From assembly GCA_965249485.1 (NCBI GenBank), contig OZ252239.1, forward strand, positions 864,001 through 928,000: a DNA stretch of 64,000 bases, in the 5' to 3' direction. Both the position numbers and the translations under genes were made by a program. Origin of the DNA: a bacterium. GTDB taxonomy: Bacteria; SM23-31. Under the pieces are notes generated by a model that ran no database searches, had not been told where the DNA came from, and saw only the letters and a program-made list of their open reading frames with translations. Of this stretch, positions 30,080 through 42,218 are shown piece after piece (the stretch's first letter is position 1; every line of letters starts with the position of its first letter).

Positions 30080-31771
30080 TTATTGTTCGTGTTTGATAAC
30101 GGTACCGGGACGCGCTCCGGTCATATATCCATTTTCGATTACAAATTTGCCATTGACGAGCATATAATCAATTCCTTCTGCGTATCTGAGAGGGTCGGTA
30201 AATGTTGCGCGGTCCTGAATCATCTCCGGATCAAATATAACGATATCAGCCGCGTATCCGGGATTGATTTGCCCGCGGTCTCCCAGTTTGAGAATCCGTG
30301 CCGGAAGCGAAGTCATTTTTCTAACAGCTACCTCAAGGCTGATGATTTGTTTTTCCCGGACATAGTGTGCAAGCACTCTCGGAAACGTCCCAAATGCACG
30401 AGGATGTGCACTTGTTGTTGATTCGGGATTGATCGGAGAAGCATCGTTGTCGAAGCATATAAAATCCGCCCGCAACGCAAGATGTTTCTGCTCCTCATTC
30501 ATGCTTTCCGGTGCTACACCTGTCCCGGCAATGACAAGGTCAAAAAACATATCCCAAACATTAACACCATTTTTAATGGCCGATTCTTCAATCGATAACC
30601 CGACCAGGCTTTCAAACTGCTCATCATTGACGCCGGTAATCAGAACTTTATTCCAGTCACTGCCGGTTTGCCGGTATGAATTCTCCTAGTCTGATGTAGT
30701 CTCGATTTCCTGTCTGATTTCCTGCCGGAAATTCGGTTCATTTAATTGTCCGAAGAGCGCATCCTCTCCGCTCGTAAACCTGTCGGGATGGATAAACGCG
30801 CTGAGTCCAAGTTGGCTCCTGATATAGGGATAAATGTCCGCGGTAATATCAAAGCCGTCCCGCCGGGCATCGGAAATTTTCTGCAGCGCCTGTTCCATGA
30901 GCGGCCAGTTTTCCTGTCCCGCAGCTTTCAGATGAAAAATGTGACCCGGTAATCCTGCTACACTGCTGATACGAATTACCTCATCGACAGCTTCAAGCAG
31001 GCTGCCGCTTTCATTCCGCATGTGAGATAAATATATTCCACCATGCTCAGCGGCTGTGCGTGCAAGTTCGGTAATTTCTTCAGTTGAAGCGAATGCACCG
31101 GGAGGATAAATCAACGCGGTTGAAAGTCCGACAGCACCGTCTCTCATTGCATTGGAAACAAGCTCTTTCATCCTCTCCAACTCGCCGTGAGTCGGTTCCT
31201 GGTCTCTTTCACCGATCACGATCCGCCGGACCTGGCTTGAACCGACCGTATGGAGTACGTTCAGTGCAATGCCTTTCTTCTCAAGCAGTGGAAAGTATTC
31301 TGAATACGTTGACCAGGTTTCGTCGACACTGCGGTACTCGCTATTGGTGCTTGCTTCGGAGCGGGGTGCAACGGTTGTACCTTCACCGACAAGCATCGTC
31401 GTTATTCCCTGGCGGAGTTTACTTTCAGCAGTAACTGGATCGCTGAGGAGTGGCACACTGCTGCCGCCCATCATATCGATAAAACCGGGTGCGGCAACCC
31501 TGCGGTTAGCATCGATTACCATTCCTGCAATTGCGTCGGGAAGCATGCCAATTTCAGTAATTATCTCATCCTTGACTGCAATATCGGCTATATAACCTGC
31601 TCCTCCTGTTCCGTCGATTACGAATTCGTTCTTGATGATAACGTCAAAATCATATGATGATGAGCAGTTGAAAAATAATCCGCCAATTAGAATGAGCATG
31701 AGAATTGATGTTGAAGAAAATGGTATTTTTCTTCTAAAATTCATTCGATTCATTTTTTTCCAGTGTATCAA
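30080..31771 (-). pseudogene. N-acyl-D-amino-acid deacylase (D-aminoacylase) with a premature TAG at 30688-30686
   Basis: IDGTG, APGFID, GLSTALIYPPG, SHMRNE, HLK, HPRAFGTFPRVL; the frame is continuous across TSD*ENSY (probably TGG to TAG). Confidence 0.82.
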
Positions 31772-31922
31772 TTATAGATATGTCATGAGGATAGTGAAAC
31801 AAAAGATATACTTTGCAGTATATGATAGCAAGACAATTATAAACTCCTTGCTATAATGAGTCATCTGCTCTATCTTTTAATAACTTTTAAAAATATTCTC
31901 ATAGATGATTTCGGTGGATTAA

Positions 31923-32222
31923 ATGAAATTTAAAGTAGGACAGCTTGTCCATCACAAATTATTCGGATACAGAGGGGTGATTTTCGGAGCTGATCCCAAA
32001 TTCAAGGGAGACGAAGCCTGGTACGAATTTATGGCGCGAACCCGTCCCCCAAAAGACAAGCCGTGGTATAATGTACTTGTGAATGGTGAAGATTATACGA
32101 CGTATGTTGCGGAGCGGAATCTGGAAGTCGATACAACGAATGAAGAAATCAGCCATCCGCTGCTGCCGGTTTATTTTAATGAATTCAAAGGTGGTGAATA
32201 TTGTTTGGGATCCAATAACTGA
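31923..32222 (+). CDS. hspQ: Heat shock protein HspQ (YccV-like)
   Basis: KFKVGQLVHHKLFGYRGVI..DP, PWY.VLV, TYVAERNL. Confidence 0.92.
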   Translation: MKFKVGQLVHHKLFGYRGVIFGADPKFKGDEAWYEFMARTRPPKDKPWYNVLVNGEDYTTYVAERNLEVDTTNEEISHPLLPVYFNEFKGGEYCLGSNN

Positions 32223-32264
32223 GATTATGTATTCTGCCCCAATTCTTGACGGAATTATACATTA

Positions 32265-32963
32265 ATGATCGAGATAAGACACTATGACATTATAACCTTC
32301 GACTGCTACGGAACGTTGATCGACTGGGAAAGCGGAATCCTGAATGCACTGAAAACGGTACTCAAACGACACAGTATAAATGCCGAAAACCGAGTACTGC
32401 TCGAATTGTATGCGAAGTATGAGTCGGCTGCTGAGTCAGGTCCATACATCCCATACCGGGAGATATTGCGGTCGGTAATGTGGCAGTTTGGAAAGCAGTT
32501 TTCTTTTGTCCCGCGGCAGGAAGACGATTTTGCACTTGCCGATTCGATGCGGGAGTGGCAACCGTTCGATGATACTGTTGATTCGCTCCAAAAGCTCAAA
32601 CAGCGGTACAAACTTGCGGTGTTGTCGAATGTTGACGACGAACTTTTTGCGGCTTCCGCGGAAAAGCTCAAGGTCAATTTTGACTTTGTCATAACCGCAC
32701 AGCAGCTTGGCTGTTACAAACCTTCCGAATCATTTTTCAAGCAAGCAATTGAGCGAATCGGTTTATCGAAGGAAAAAATTTTACACGCAGCACAAAGCCT
32801 TTTCCATGATATTGCACCGGCACAAAGACTCGGGTTGTCGACCGTCTGGGTAAATCGTCGCTCACAAAGTACGGGATTTGGCGCGACTCCCGAATCACAC
32901 ATCATTCCCGATTGTGAAGTCCCCGATTTGAAGTCTTTTGTGAATGGTACTGGAATTCTGTAG
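32265..32963 (+). CDS. Haloacid dehalogenase type II (HAD superfamily)
   Basis: TFDCYGTLIDWE, LSNVD, YKP, LHAAQSLFHDI.PA. Confidence 0.9.
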   Translation: MIEIRHYDIITFDCYGTLIDWESGILNALKTVLKRHSINAENRVLLELYAKYESAAESGPYIPYREILRSVMWQFGKQFSFVPRQEDDFALADSMREWQPFDDTVDSLQKLKQRYKLAVLSNVDDELFAASAEKLKVNFDFVITAQQLGCYKPSESFFKQAIERIGLSKEKILHAAQSLFHDIAPAQRLGLSTVWVNRRSQSTGFGATPESHIIPDCEVPDLKSFVNGTGIL

Positions 32964-33004
32964 ATTTTTTTACTGGAAGTTCAAGCAGCTTGTATATACA
33001 TCAC

Positions 33005-33044
33005 AAAACTGCGCCGCCCTGGTATATCAGAGCGGCGCAGTTTT
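33005..33044. terminator. Bidirectional terminator between convergent genes
   Basis: AAAACTGCGCCGC...GCGGCGCAGTTTT. Confidence 0.85.
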
Positions 33045-33098
33045 ATTAAACACCTTCGTGTATCGTGAATGTACGTTGCTTGATGTACAGAATAACAT

Positions 33099-34313
33099 CT
33101 ACTCGTACGCAACTTCTCCGTGAAACACATCATCAACACCAATCTCTTCTTCTTCTTTTGAAACTTTGACAGGTGTAATGAAATTGATCACTTTTAGCAT
33201 GACATACGTGAAGACAAAACAGTAAGCACCGACAACAAGCACCGCAACGGTTTCGATTATGAAAAAACTGAATCCGCCGCCGGTTAAAAGCCCGTTTGTC
33301 TCAACAACCGGATTCACGGTATTGGATGCAAACAGACCGAGCATAATAATACCGAGTGTACCGCCGACACCGTGAACTCCCCATACGTCGAGGGCATCAT
33401 CCCATTGCAGTTTATTCTTGAGAGCTACCGCAAAATAGCAGACACCACCGGCTGAAATTCCAATAATCGCTGCACTGCTGACAGATACAAATCCTGCGGC
33501 AGGTGTGATTGTTGCCAGCCCGGCAATTGCTCCGGTAAGGAGTCCGACAAATTTGGGCTTTTTCTCAAGAAACCATGAAAAAATGAGCCACGTTATAGCG
33601 GCAAACGAGGCAGCAACATCGGTATTAATGAATGCTATTGCAGTGATATTGTCGACCTGGAGTTGACTCCCCGCATTAAAACCATACCACCCGAACCAGA
33701 GCAGACCGGTACCAAGAGCTACCAGAGGAATACTGTGGGGACCTCGATCTACAACTTTTCTTCTGCCAACATAAAAGACTGATGCGAGCGCGGCCATTCC
33801 GGCGCTTGCATGCACAACAATGCCACCTGCAAAATCAAGAACTCCCATATTAGCAAGGAGACCGCCGCCCCATACCATATGTACGAGTGGGAAATATACA
33901 AATAACAACCATAGTGTCAGAAAAAGCATATATGCAGGAAATCGGACACGGTTCGTAAAAGCACCGGAAATTAACGCGGGAGTGATGATGGCAAACATCA
34001 TCTGGTACGCAACGAAAACATACAGTGGTATGGCATTATTTCCGGTAAAAACATCGTTCACCGATGTCCCCGCCAGAAATGCAAGGTCAAAATTGCCGAT
34101 TAATCCGCCTTCACCACCGCTGAAACAGAGCGAGTATCCGCAGACAAACCACATAACAGTTGTCCAACCGAGTGAAACATAACTCTGAATCATAATCGCA
34201 AGGACACTTTTTCTGCCAACAAGCCCACCGTAAAAAAACGCTAAACCCGGTGTCATCAACATAACAAGGCTTGTTGCGACAAGCATAAATCCGGTGCTTC
34301 CGGAATCGATCAT
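33099..34313 (-). CDS. amt: Ammonium transporter
   Basis: LMTPGLAFFYGG, DFAGG.VVH, LWFGWYGFNAGS, DDALDVWGVHG. Confidence 0.97.
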   Translation of the reverse strand: MIDSGSTGFMLVATSLVMLMTPGLAFFYGGLVGRKSVLAIMIQSYVSLGWTTVMWFVCGYSLCFSGGEGGLIGNFDLAFLAGTSVNDVFTGNNAIPLYVFVAYQMMFAIITPALISGAFTNRVRFPAYMLFLTLWLLFVYFPLVHMVWGGGLLANMGVLDFAGGIVVHASAGMAALASVFYVGRRKVVDRGPHSIPLVALGTGLLWFGWYGFNAGSQLQVDNITAIAFINTDVAASFAAITWLIFSWFLEKKPKFVGLLTGAIAGLATITPAAGFVSVSSAAIIGISAGGVCYFAVALKNKLQWDDALDVWGVHGVGGTLGIIMLGLFASNTVNPVVETNGLLTGGGFSFFIIETVAVLVVGAYCFVFTYVMLKVINFITPVKVSKEEEEIGVDDVFHGEVAYE

Positions 34314-34834
34314 AATACCCTCCTCTATTAATTATTTGAGAAATTCAATATCAATTACATACGGGGATATAAGAACTCCGTACAGTGGCAACCGTCTGTT
34401 TTTCAGCGGTCAAACAACAAGTAAAGAAATGGAATTTGGTAAAAGCTATTTTATCTTAAATCAGCAAGGCGGTTGAAGATTGGGCTAACTCAGAAAGCAT
34501 TTCTGAGGAAAAATCAGAAAATCCATACAAATCAGAATGTTTTGTTGTGCAAAAACCAGCCTCTACGGAATAATCGCAGACACAAATATAGATGTGTGCA
34601 ATAATAAATGCAAGAAAAATAATTTTAGTACTTTTATCAGCAGCATATATAAGGAGGCATTGTCAATTTATCCGATTATATTATGAATGATTTGTAAAAA
34701 TGGTAATATTATTTAAACATTTATTTATCAAAAATGAGTATATTACACTCAGGAATAATTGCTTGTACAATGAGCGATATGCACATATATTTGGTCTCAA
34801 ACTACGCAATGATTTATAACCATTTTAATAAAAG

Positions 34835-36700
34835 GTGATCAAGATGTTCACTCGAACCGTAAGTATCTTCTTTTTTCTTTTACTGTGGCTATCCTTCGGG
34901 ACCGCGCAGGACAAAAGCAAGATTGTCTACGAAATATCATTCGAAAATGCTGTCCACCATGAGGCTGAAGTATCAGTCACATTTGTGGATATTCCGAGTG
35001 AAACGCTTGAGCTGCGAATGAGCAGGTCGTCCCCTGGGCGGTATGCTCTTCACGAATTCGCAAAGAATGTCTACTCGGTCAAAGCGGTCGACAGGAACGG
35101 GAGCGCATTGTCAATAGACCGGCCGAATCCCTATCAGTGGAATGTTTCGGGCCATAACGGAACTGTTACGGTTACTTATACACTCTTTGCCGACCACGCA
35201 GACGGTACCTATTCGGGAATCGACGAAACTCATGCCCACCTCAATATGCCGGCCACCTTTATGTGGGCGCGGGGGATGGAAAACGTACCGATAGAGATCA
35301 CCTTTCAACCACGCACGGAATCGAACTGGCGGGTGGCAACACAACTCCCCAAAAATTCCTCTGATGAGATCTATTTTGCACCCGATCTCTACTATTTTCT
35401 CGACAGTCCGACAGAATTGAGCGATTATTCTATCCGGGAATGGGCTGTAGAAAACGGTGGGGGAGATGCCATTATCCGGCTTGTTGTTCATCATGACGGA
35501 ACCGAAACTGAAGTAAACGCCCTCCGTGATATGATAGAGCCTGTCATGGAAGAACAGAAAGCAGTGTTTGGAGAATATCCCGAATTCGATTACGGCACTT
35601 ATACTTTCCTTGCATGCTATTTGCCCTATGTGTCGGGCGACGGAATGGAGCACCGAAACTCTACAATATTGGCCACAATAAGGCCCCTCAGGTCGGGTAT
35701 GTCGAATCATCTCGGCACCGCGTCACATGAGTTTTTTCACGCCTGGAATGTCGAGCGGATTCGACCGAGAACTCTCGAACCGTTCAATTTTGAAGAAGCG
35801 AATATGTCGGGGGAACTCTGGTTTGCAGAAGGATTTACTAGCTATTACGACGATCTGACGATAAAGCGGGCTGGGCTAATGAGTATTGAGGAGTACGCAT
35901 CGTCGCTAGCAAGCAGACACAACGACGATAATCTCAACGCTGTCATAAACGGTGTTGGTCGCCAATTTCATTCACCTGTGGAGATGAGCCGGCAATCTCC
36001 GTTTGTTGACGCGGCACGATCGGTCGATGCTGTCAACAGAGGCAACACATTTATCTCGTATTATACGTACGGTAAAGTGATTGCGCTGGGTCTCGATCTG
36101 ACACTCCGGACGCAGTTTGGACTCACACTCGACGACTATATGGAAGCAGTATGGGAAAATCAAGGCAAAACGGAATATCCCTATACTATAGCAGATCTCG
36201 AGTCGATTCTGGGGCGTGTCACGCGTGACCGGGGATTCGCGGCATCATTCTTTCAGCATTTTGTGAACGGTCGTGATGTCATCGACTATAAAAGACTGCT
36301 CGACAGGGCCGGATTTTTGCTTCGTAGAGCCTATCCGGGACAACCGGTACTCGGCAAAGCATTGCTTCAATTCGGTAACAGCGGAGTTGTGATCGGTTCG
36401 TACACGGCTATTGGAAGCCCGCTCTATAATGCTGGCCTCGATAAGGGAGATGTGATCCTGTCAATTGATGGTACACGGATTGTCGGAAAAGGGAGCCTTG
36501 ATGACATTTTGGAATCGCAACGTCCCGGAGATACCATTATAATACATTATGTTACGAGAGCAGGAGCCGAAAAAACAACCACACTCAGACTTGCAGCTCA
36601 CGACCGTTATGAGGTTGTTCTGTATGAAGATGCGTCACTTCCCGTAACCGATGCGATGCAGGCATTTCGGGAGTCATGGCTCGATTCTAAGGTCAAATAA
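34835..36700 (+). CDS. M61 glycyl aminopeptidase with PDZ domain, secreted
   Basis: SPGRY, GMEHRNST, HEFFHAWNVERIRP, LWFAEGFTSYY, ISYYTYG; C-terminal PDZ. The start may be ATG 34844. Confidence 0.93.
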   Translation: MIKMFTRTVSIFFFLLLWLSFGTAQDKSKIVYEISFENAVHHEAEVSVTFVDIPSETLELRMSRSSPGRYALHEFAKNVYSVKAVDRNGSALSIDRPNPYQWNVSGHNGTVTVTYTLFADHADGTYSGIDETHAHLNMPATFMWARGMENVPIEITFQPRTESNWRVATQLPKNSSDEIYFAPDLYYFLDSPTELSDYSIREWAVENGGGDAIIRLVVHHDGTETEVNALRDMIEPVMEEQKAVFGEYPEFDYGTYTFLACYLPYVSGDGMEHRNSTILATIRPLRSGMSNHLGTASHEFFHAWNVERIRPRTLEPFNFEEANMSGELWFAEGFTSYYDDLTIKRAGLMSIEEYASSLASRHNDDNLNAVINGVGRQFHSPVEMSRQSPFVDAARSVDAVNRGNTFISYYTYGKVIALGLDLTLRTQFGLTLDDYMEAVWENQGKTEYPYTIADLESILGRVTRDRGFAASFFQHFVNGRDVIDYKRLLDRAGFLLRRAYPGQPVLGKALLQFGNSGVVIGSYTAIGSPLYNAGLDKGDVILSIDGTRIVGKGSLDDILESQRPGDTIIIHYVTRAGAEKTTTLRLAAHDRYEVVLYEDASLPVTDAMQAFRESWLDSKVK

Positions 36701-36781
36701 CGAATTAACCAAATAACAAATTACTCCCACAGGACGGAATGTGAATACGAAAGTTGGAATTTAACGGAGCGGAAGAGAACA

Positions 36782-37813
36782 ATGGTCAAGCATACGGTTA
36801 CTACGGTACTTATCTTACTTTGCCTTACACATTTTTTTTCTGAATGCTCCGCACAGGAGCCTGTAAGAATAAGTGGTCTCTTTTTTGGAGACTATTTTTT
36901 TATGGCAAATAGCCATAATGAAAAATTTGAGGGTGAAAATGCCTTCTGGATACGCCGGCTTTATCTCCGTTTTGATAAAGATATTGATGAGAAGTATGCA
37001 ATCCGGGTCAATTTCGAAATAAAATCGCCCGGGGATTTTGTAACCGAATCAAAAATGAACCCGACAGTGCGCGATGCTTATCTACGCAGGTCATTCGGAC
37101 GACACGCCCTCTATGCAGGAATTTCGGTCACACCGCTCTATCGGATATCGGAGCGGTTCTGGGGATACCGGGCAGTCGAACTCCCGGCATCGGGACTTCA
37201 GCGGTTCGGAGCTTCGCGCGATTTCGGTCTATCACTGCGTGGTTCATTTCTTACAGATGACAAATTTACGTACCATCTTATGCTGGCGAACGGCAATGCG
37301 CAAAGTTCGGAAGTAGGGCAAGGGAAGAAGGTCTACGCCTCTCTGGCATACTGGCCAGACAAAGAATCGATGGTTGAATTCTATTCAGATTACGATAACC
37401 GGGCTGGTGATGAATGGCGCGCCACATATCAAATATCAACGGGTGTGATAAGAGATACCTACAGGCTAGGGTTTCAGGCAGCGCTTCAGCAGCGGATGAA
37501 CAACGGCAATCCAGATGATGACCCGCTGCGAATCATTTCGGTTTTTGGTTCCCGGAGTGTGCACAAAAAGATCTGGGGAATTCTCAGGTATGACCGAATT
37601 TTCGACGCAAATCCCGAAGGAGAATCGTTTGCATATTTTCCATTCGATGCCACGGCAGGATCGCATTTTGTAATAGCTGGATTCGAATACAAACTTGACG
37701 AAAAAATCAGCCTGATCCCCAATGTGGAAGCAGTATATTATAATAAAAATGGAGCAGGTATCCGTCCCGACACCGACATCATGCCCCGTATGACGCTGTA
37801 TTTTGTGTTTTGA
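36782..37813 (+). CDS. Outer-membrane beta-barrel (porin-like) protein
   Basis: Signal peptide; F.IRRLYL, DAYL, ASRDFG; C-terminal LYFVF. Confidence 0.7.
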   Translation: MVKHTVTTVLILLCLTHFFSECSAQEPVRISGLFFGDYFFMANSHNEKFEGENAFWIRRLYLRFDKDIDEKYAIRVNFEIKSPGDFVTESKMNPTVRDAYLRRSFGRHALYAGISVTPLYRISERFWGYRAVELPASGLQRFGASRDFGLSLRGSFLTDDKFTYHLMLANGNAQSSEVGQGKKVYASLAYWPDKESMVEFYSDYDNRAGDEWRATYQISTGVIRDTYRLGFQAALQQRMNNGNPDDDPLRIISVFGSRSVHKKIWGILRYDRIFDANPEGESFAYFPFDATAGSHFVIAGFEYKLDEKISLIPNVEAVYYNKNGAGIRPDTDIMPRMTLYFVF

Positions 37814-37857
37814 TTACGTAAAAAACCATGAAAAAATCCATTTCTTAATGAGTAAAC

Positions 37858-37900
37858 AAAAAAGGGTGCAGTATCTTGTATTAGATACTGCACCCTTTTT
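37858..37900. terminator. Bidirectional terminator
   Basis: AAAAAGGGTGCAGTATCT-loop-AGATACTGCACCCTTTTT. Confidence 0.88.
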
Positions 37901-37926
37901 ATTAATTTTTTTCTAATCGTTACTTT

Positions 37927-40900
37927 TTATACTCTTCCCAAATTTCCAGTAAAGCGTCGGCAAAAAGAGCAGATTGAGTGCGGTTGAGGTAAGGAGGCCG
38001 CCCAGAATGACAATAGCCATTGGATGTTCGATCTCTTGCCGGGTCTGTTACCCCCGATGACGATCGGAAGCAGGGCCAGCCCGGTTGTGAGTGCGGTCAT
38101 CAGTATCGGCGATAAACGCTCGGTCGCACCACGCATGATTAGTTCAATGTTGAACGGCATCTTTTCCTCGGTCTCAAGGTGGCGGTAGTGGCTAATCAGC
38201 ATGATTGCGTTCCGTGCCGCAATGCCGAGCACCGTCACGAATCCGATCATGGAACCGAGTGAAAGTGAGTTGCCGCTAATCATAACACTCAGTATGCAAC
38301 CGGTCAGCGCAAATGGTATGCTAAGCAGTATGAGCAAAGAAAGGCGGACCGAAACAAAATCGGCATAAAGTAAAAGATATATCCCAATGAGTGCTAAAAC
38401 CGAGACCCAGATAAGTTGATTCCTCGATTGTTCCCTTTCTGCATATTCGCCGAGAAATTCAGGATGGTATCCGGTGTTGAATGTGATGCCCTGAACAGCT
38501 GCCTCAATGTCACGCGCAACACCGCCAAGATCGCGTCCGCGCGCATTGCAGGTCACATCGATACGCCGTGATGACGCCTCCCGCGTAATTTCATTGGGTG
38601 TTGGTGCCAGTGCAATATCAGCTACTGTCCCTAATGGGACTTGTCCCCCGCTGGGCACATCAATCATGATCTCTTGAAGTGCACCGACATCATGACGTAC
38701 CTGCGGCATCCCCCATACTGTTACGTCGAATATCTTCTGCTCCTGATATATTTCACCAACTTTTGTCCCTTTGATGAACGTTGTTGCAGCTTTGCGAACA
38801 TCACCCGGAACAAGTCCGAATTGCGCAGCGGTTTCAGGCCGGAATTTCACCTCGATTTGCGGTACCATTGTCTGTGGCTGAACTTTCAGGTCAGCGACAC
38901 CGTCAACTGCCGCCATTGCGGCTGCAACTTCATTCGCTTTTTGCTCAAGTATTGTAAGGTCCGGCCCGTAGATGCGTACAACAATAGTAGCGCTTGTTCC
39001 GGTCAGTACTTCTTTTATCCTCTCGCGCAAATAGGTGAGTACATCGCGGTACAGGCCGGGATACCCATCAACAACTTCCTGAATCTGTCCGACAGTCGAT
39101 TCATAATCGACTTCCGGGTCGACACTGATCCAAAGTTCGGTAAAATTCGGTCCGACAACTTCATCAGCCACTTCGGCACGTCCGATATGAGCACCGAAAT
39201 TACGCACACCGGGAATTGCCCGTAGTTCTTTGCTGACGCGTTCCGTGATTCTATCCATCGCTTCGATAGATGTCCCGGGTTTTTCGACCCAGTGCATAAG
39301 AAAATCGTATTCCTTGAAATTCGGAAGAAATTCTTCACCCAATTGTGGAATAATGATAAGCGTGATGACCATAAGGGTAACCAGCGATGTCAGCACCCTG
39401 CGCGGATGGCCGATAAGAGCGGGCAGGATGGCATTGTACCTGAGCTTGAGCCAGTTGACAACAGGAGAATCATTTTTACGTATAATTGAATTCCGCAACA
39501 GCAAATATGATAGTGCTGGCGTAAGTGTCAGCGCCACAAAGAGCGATGCAAGTATAGCAGGAATATAGGAGAGTGCCAGTGGTTTGAAGAAAGAACCGGC
39601 AAGGCCAGACAGAAAAAAAAGACCGGCATCAATACTAATGCAACAATTAAGCTGCCGTAGACAACAGCACTACGAACTTCTAAAACAGCATTTAAAATAA
39701 CATTGAATGGAGGCTCAGGATTGCCATGTGACCTGTTGATGCGAAGACGCCGTATTATATTTTCCACACCTAATGATCGCATCATCGACCAGTTCCCCGA
39801 GTGCGATAATCAATCCGGCTAATACCATCGTGTTAATTGTACCGCCGCGGTAATGCAGAACGAGGGCCGCGACGACAAACGACCCCGGCAGGGCAACAGC
39901 ACTGATAAGCGCAGTCCGCCAGTAGTACAGAAAGAATACGAGCACAACAATAACAAGTAAACAGCCTATGAGAAGTGCCCGATTCAGATTTTGGATCGAC
40001 ATCTCGATGAAACTGGCAGGCCGGAAAATCGTCGGATCGAGTTCAATACCCTGCAGGCCCGGTCGGAGAGCATCCAATGTCGCCTCTACATTTCTACTCA
40101 CTTCAAGCGTGTTTGCCCAGGGCTGTTTTTCAACAATCAACAGAATTCCCGGACCGTCATTGATAATCGCATCACCGATTGGCGGTGGATACCCCTCTAC
40201 TACCTCGGCAACATCACCCAGACGGATATACGCACCGTCCTTATACGCAACCGTGATATCGGCAAGGTCCTCGGGTGTCTCTACGGGGGAAATATGGGAA
40301 ATTGATAGCCGCTGGTTCGGCGTATCCAAAAATCCACCGCCTTCAAGTTCAGTGGCATCACCCGCAGCTTTAATCACTTCATTGAACGTCACATTATTCG
40401 CATTCAGCCGGTATGGATCGACAAGTACTTGAATCTGCCTGTCGCGCTGCCCCCAGATTGCGACATTCGCAACTCCGGGAACTGCCATGAGACGGGGGCG
40501 TATTGTCCATTTTGCGAGCGTGGTCATCTCCATTTGCGACAACATTTCAGATGACATTCCGATTTTCAATATCCTACTTGTTGCAGAGAGGGGGGAAAGC
40601 ATGACGGGAGGATTAGCGACAACGGGCAGCATAGTCGACACGCGTGCAAGCCGTTCTTGAACATGCTGCCGCGCCTGCATCAGATCTGTACCTTCTTGAA
40701 AAAGCAGCACAACCGACGAAAGCCCCAAAACGGATTTTGACCGGATGGTCTCGAGCCATGGTGTGCCGTTCATTGCATACTCAATAGGAACGGTAATGAG
40801 TGCCTCAACTTCGGTTGTGGACAATCCAGGCGCTTCGGTTTGGATCTCAACAAGGGGTGGCGCAAATTCAGGAAAAACATCGAGAGGCGTTTTCCGGATA

Positions 40901-40989
40901 ATCTGAATGCCGACAACCAGCATAATCACCATCAGTGCAACCACCACAACTCGCAGGCGGAGAGAGGTTGCAACAATCCATCGCATCAT
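37927..40989 (-). pseudogene. CusA/CzcA-family RND permease with frameshifts at ~39770, ~39615 (A8 run) and ~38035
   Basis: [27 protein letters not shown]-[fs]-[27 protein letters not shown] lies in an alternative frame. Confidence 0.88.
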
Positions 40990-42196
40990 TTTCCACCCCC
41001 GAATTCCGTTCCGAATAGTTCTACCGCACCTGCAGTAACTACAGCCGATCCGGCAGCAGGTCCCTGCGTCAGTACAACACGGTCACCTTCAACATACTGT
41101 ACGGCAATGCGCTTTCTGGTAAATGTTTGTGGTCCGGTGTTTTCGTAAACCCAGGTGCCACCGTACATATCGTACAGGAGTGCAGCATACGGCAGGACCA
41201 ACCGATCTTCCGATTCCAGAAGAGAGAGGGTAACACTCACTCTTTGGCCGGGTAGGAGCGCTCGCTCGCTATTTTCCAATTCAAAGTAAAGACTGATAGA
41301 CGCGTTCTGGGGATCAGCCGAAAATGGCATTGCAACCGGACTTGCCAACAAGCCTTCTGTCCCACTAAAATTTGACAAAGAGTGCACACGGGCAGGTTTT
41401 TGGCCATCAATATCATCAATGTCTCCGACGTAGACCGGTACCTGAATCCAGACAGGATCGGTTCCGGCTATTTCGATAAGTTTTGCACCTGCGGCAACAG
41501 TTTGTCCCGGTGATGTATGAATTTTCCGGATAATGCCGTTCACAGATGCAACAATATGCAGTGATGATAGATTTTCTCCTGCCACTTCGTAGGCTGAACC
41601 CATGAGAATTTCGAGTCGTGCATGAGAAACAGAGAGTGCTGCATCTGCTGCTGCTAAATCTGCTTGCGCCTGCTGAAGTTGTTTGACACTGGCCGCACCT
41701 TCAGTAAGGAGCTGTTCAGTACGGTCTGCAGCTGCCTGTGCAACATCGAGTTCGATTTTTCGCAGTGCCACATTTTTCTCAGCACTCAAAAGATCTTCTT
41801 CTGGAGGCAAAAGAACCAGCCTGCCCACAACATCTCCCTTTTTGACTTCATCTCCTGCCTGAACCACTGTTCCGTTATTCGGCAATAAAAAGGTTCCCGG
41901 CAATGGGGCGGTAACCACAATATGCGCACCGGAAACAGTTTCAACTATACCGCCGTAGGTCCGTGTTTTTCAACGGTCCTGAGCTCGACCACCTCTGTCT
42001 CGATTCCGAGCCGCTCCTCAGCCTGAGGAGTGAGAGTAAGAGTAGTGAGGTTGGACTCCTCTTCAGCATTGTGCACCTGCGCGGGTGGTTGAGGAGAAGG
42101 AGTTGTATCCTGTGATCTGCCACAACCGATAATACTCGCCATGGTGCTCCATAGAATAAAAATCTTCAGTACTTTGATTATCATCCGTGTCCCCAT
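40986..42196 (-). pseudogene. RND periplasmic adaptor subunit (lipoprotein), frameshifted in an A-run at ~41968
   Basis: IIGC lipobox; LTPQAEERLGIET joins TYGGIVE..VTAPLPG in another frame; [17 protein letters not shown]. Confidence 0.82.
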
Positions 42197-42218
42197 AGTG
42201 TTAAATATTTTAGATGTT

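Noticed and set aside
30686..30688. In-frame TAG as pyrrolysine or a recoded stop
   Set aside because: It is one base from TGG in a non-methyltransferase gene, and TAG ends intact genes here (thyX, ilvB, ilvC, cimA).
32265..32963. Haloacid dehalogenase as part of the deiodinase-like module
   Set aside because: It is 30 kb away, cytoplasmic, hydrolytic and from a very common family; nothing links the two.
34597..34612. NtrC-type site upstream of amt (TGCA-N8-TGCA)
   Set aside because: The spacing is one base short of the consensus and no sigma54 promoter facing amt was found.
39613..39620. A8 tract in the RND permease as a phase-variation switch
   Set aside because: The gene has two other non-homopolymer frameshifts, so slippage alone cannot restore it.
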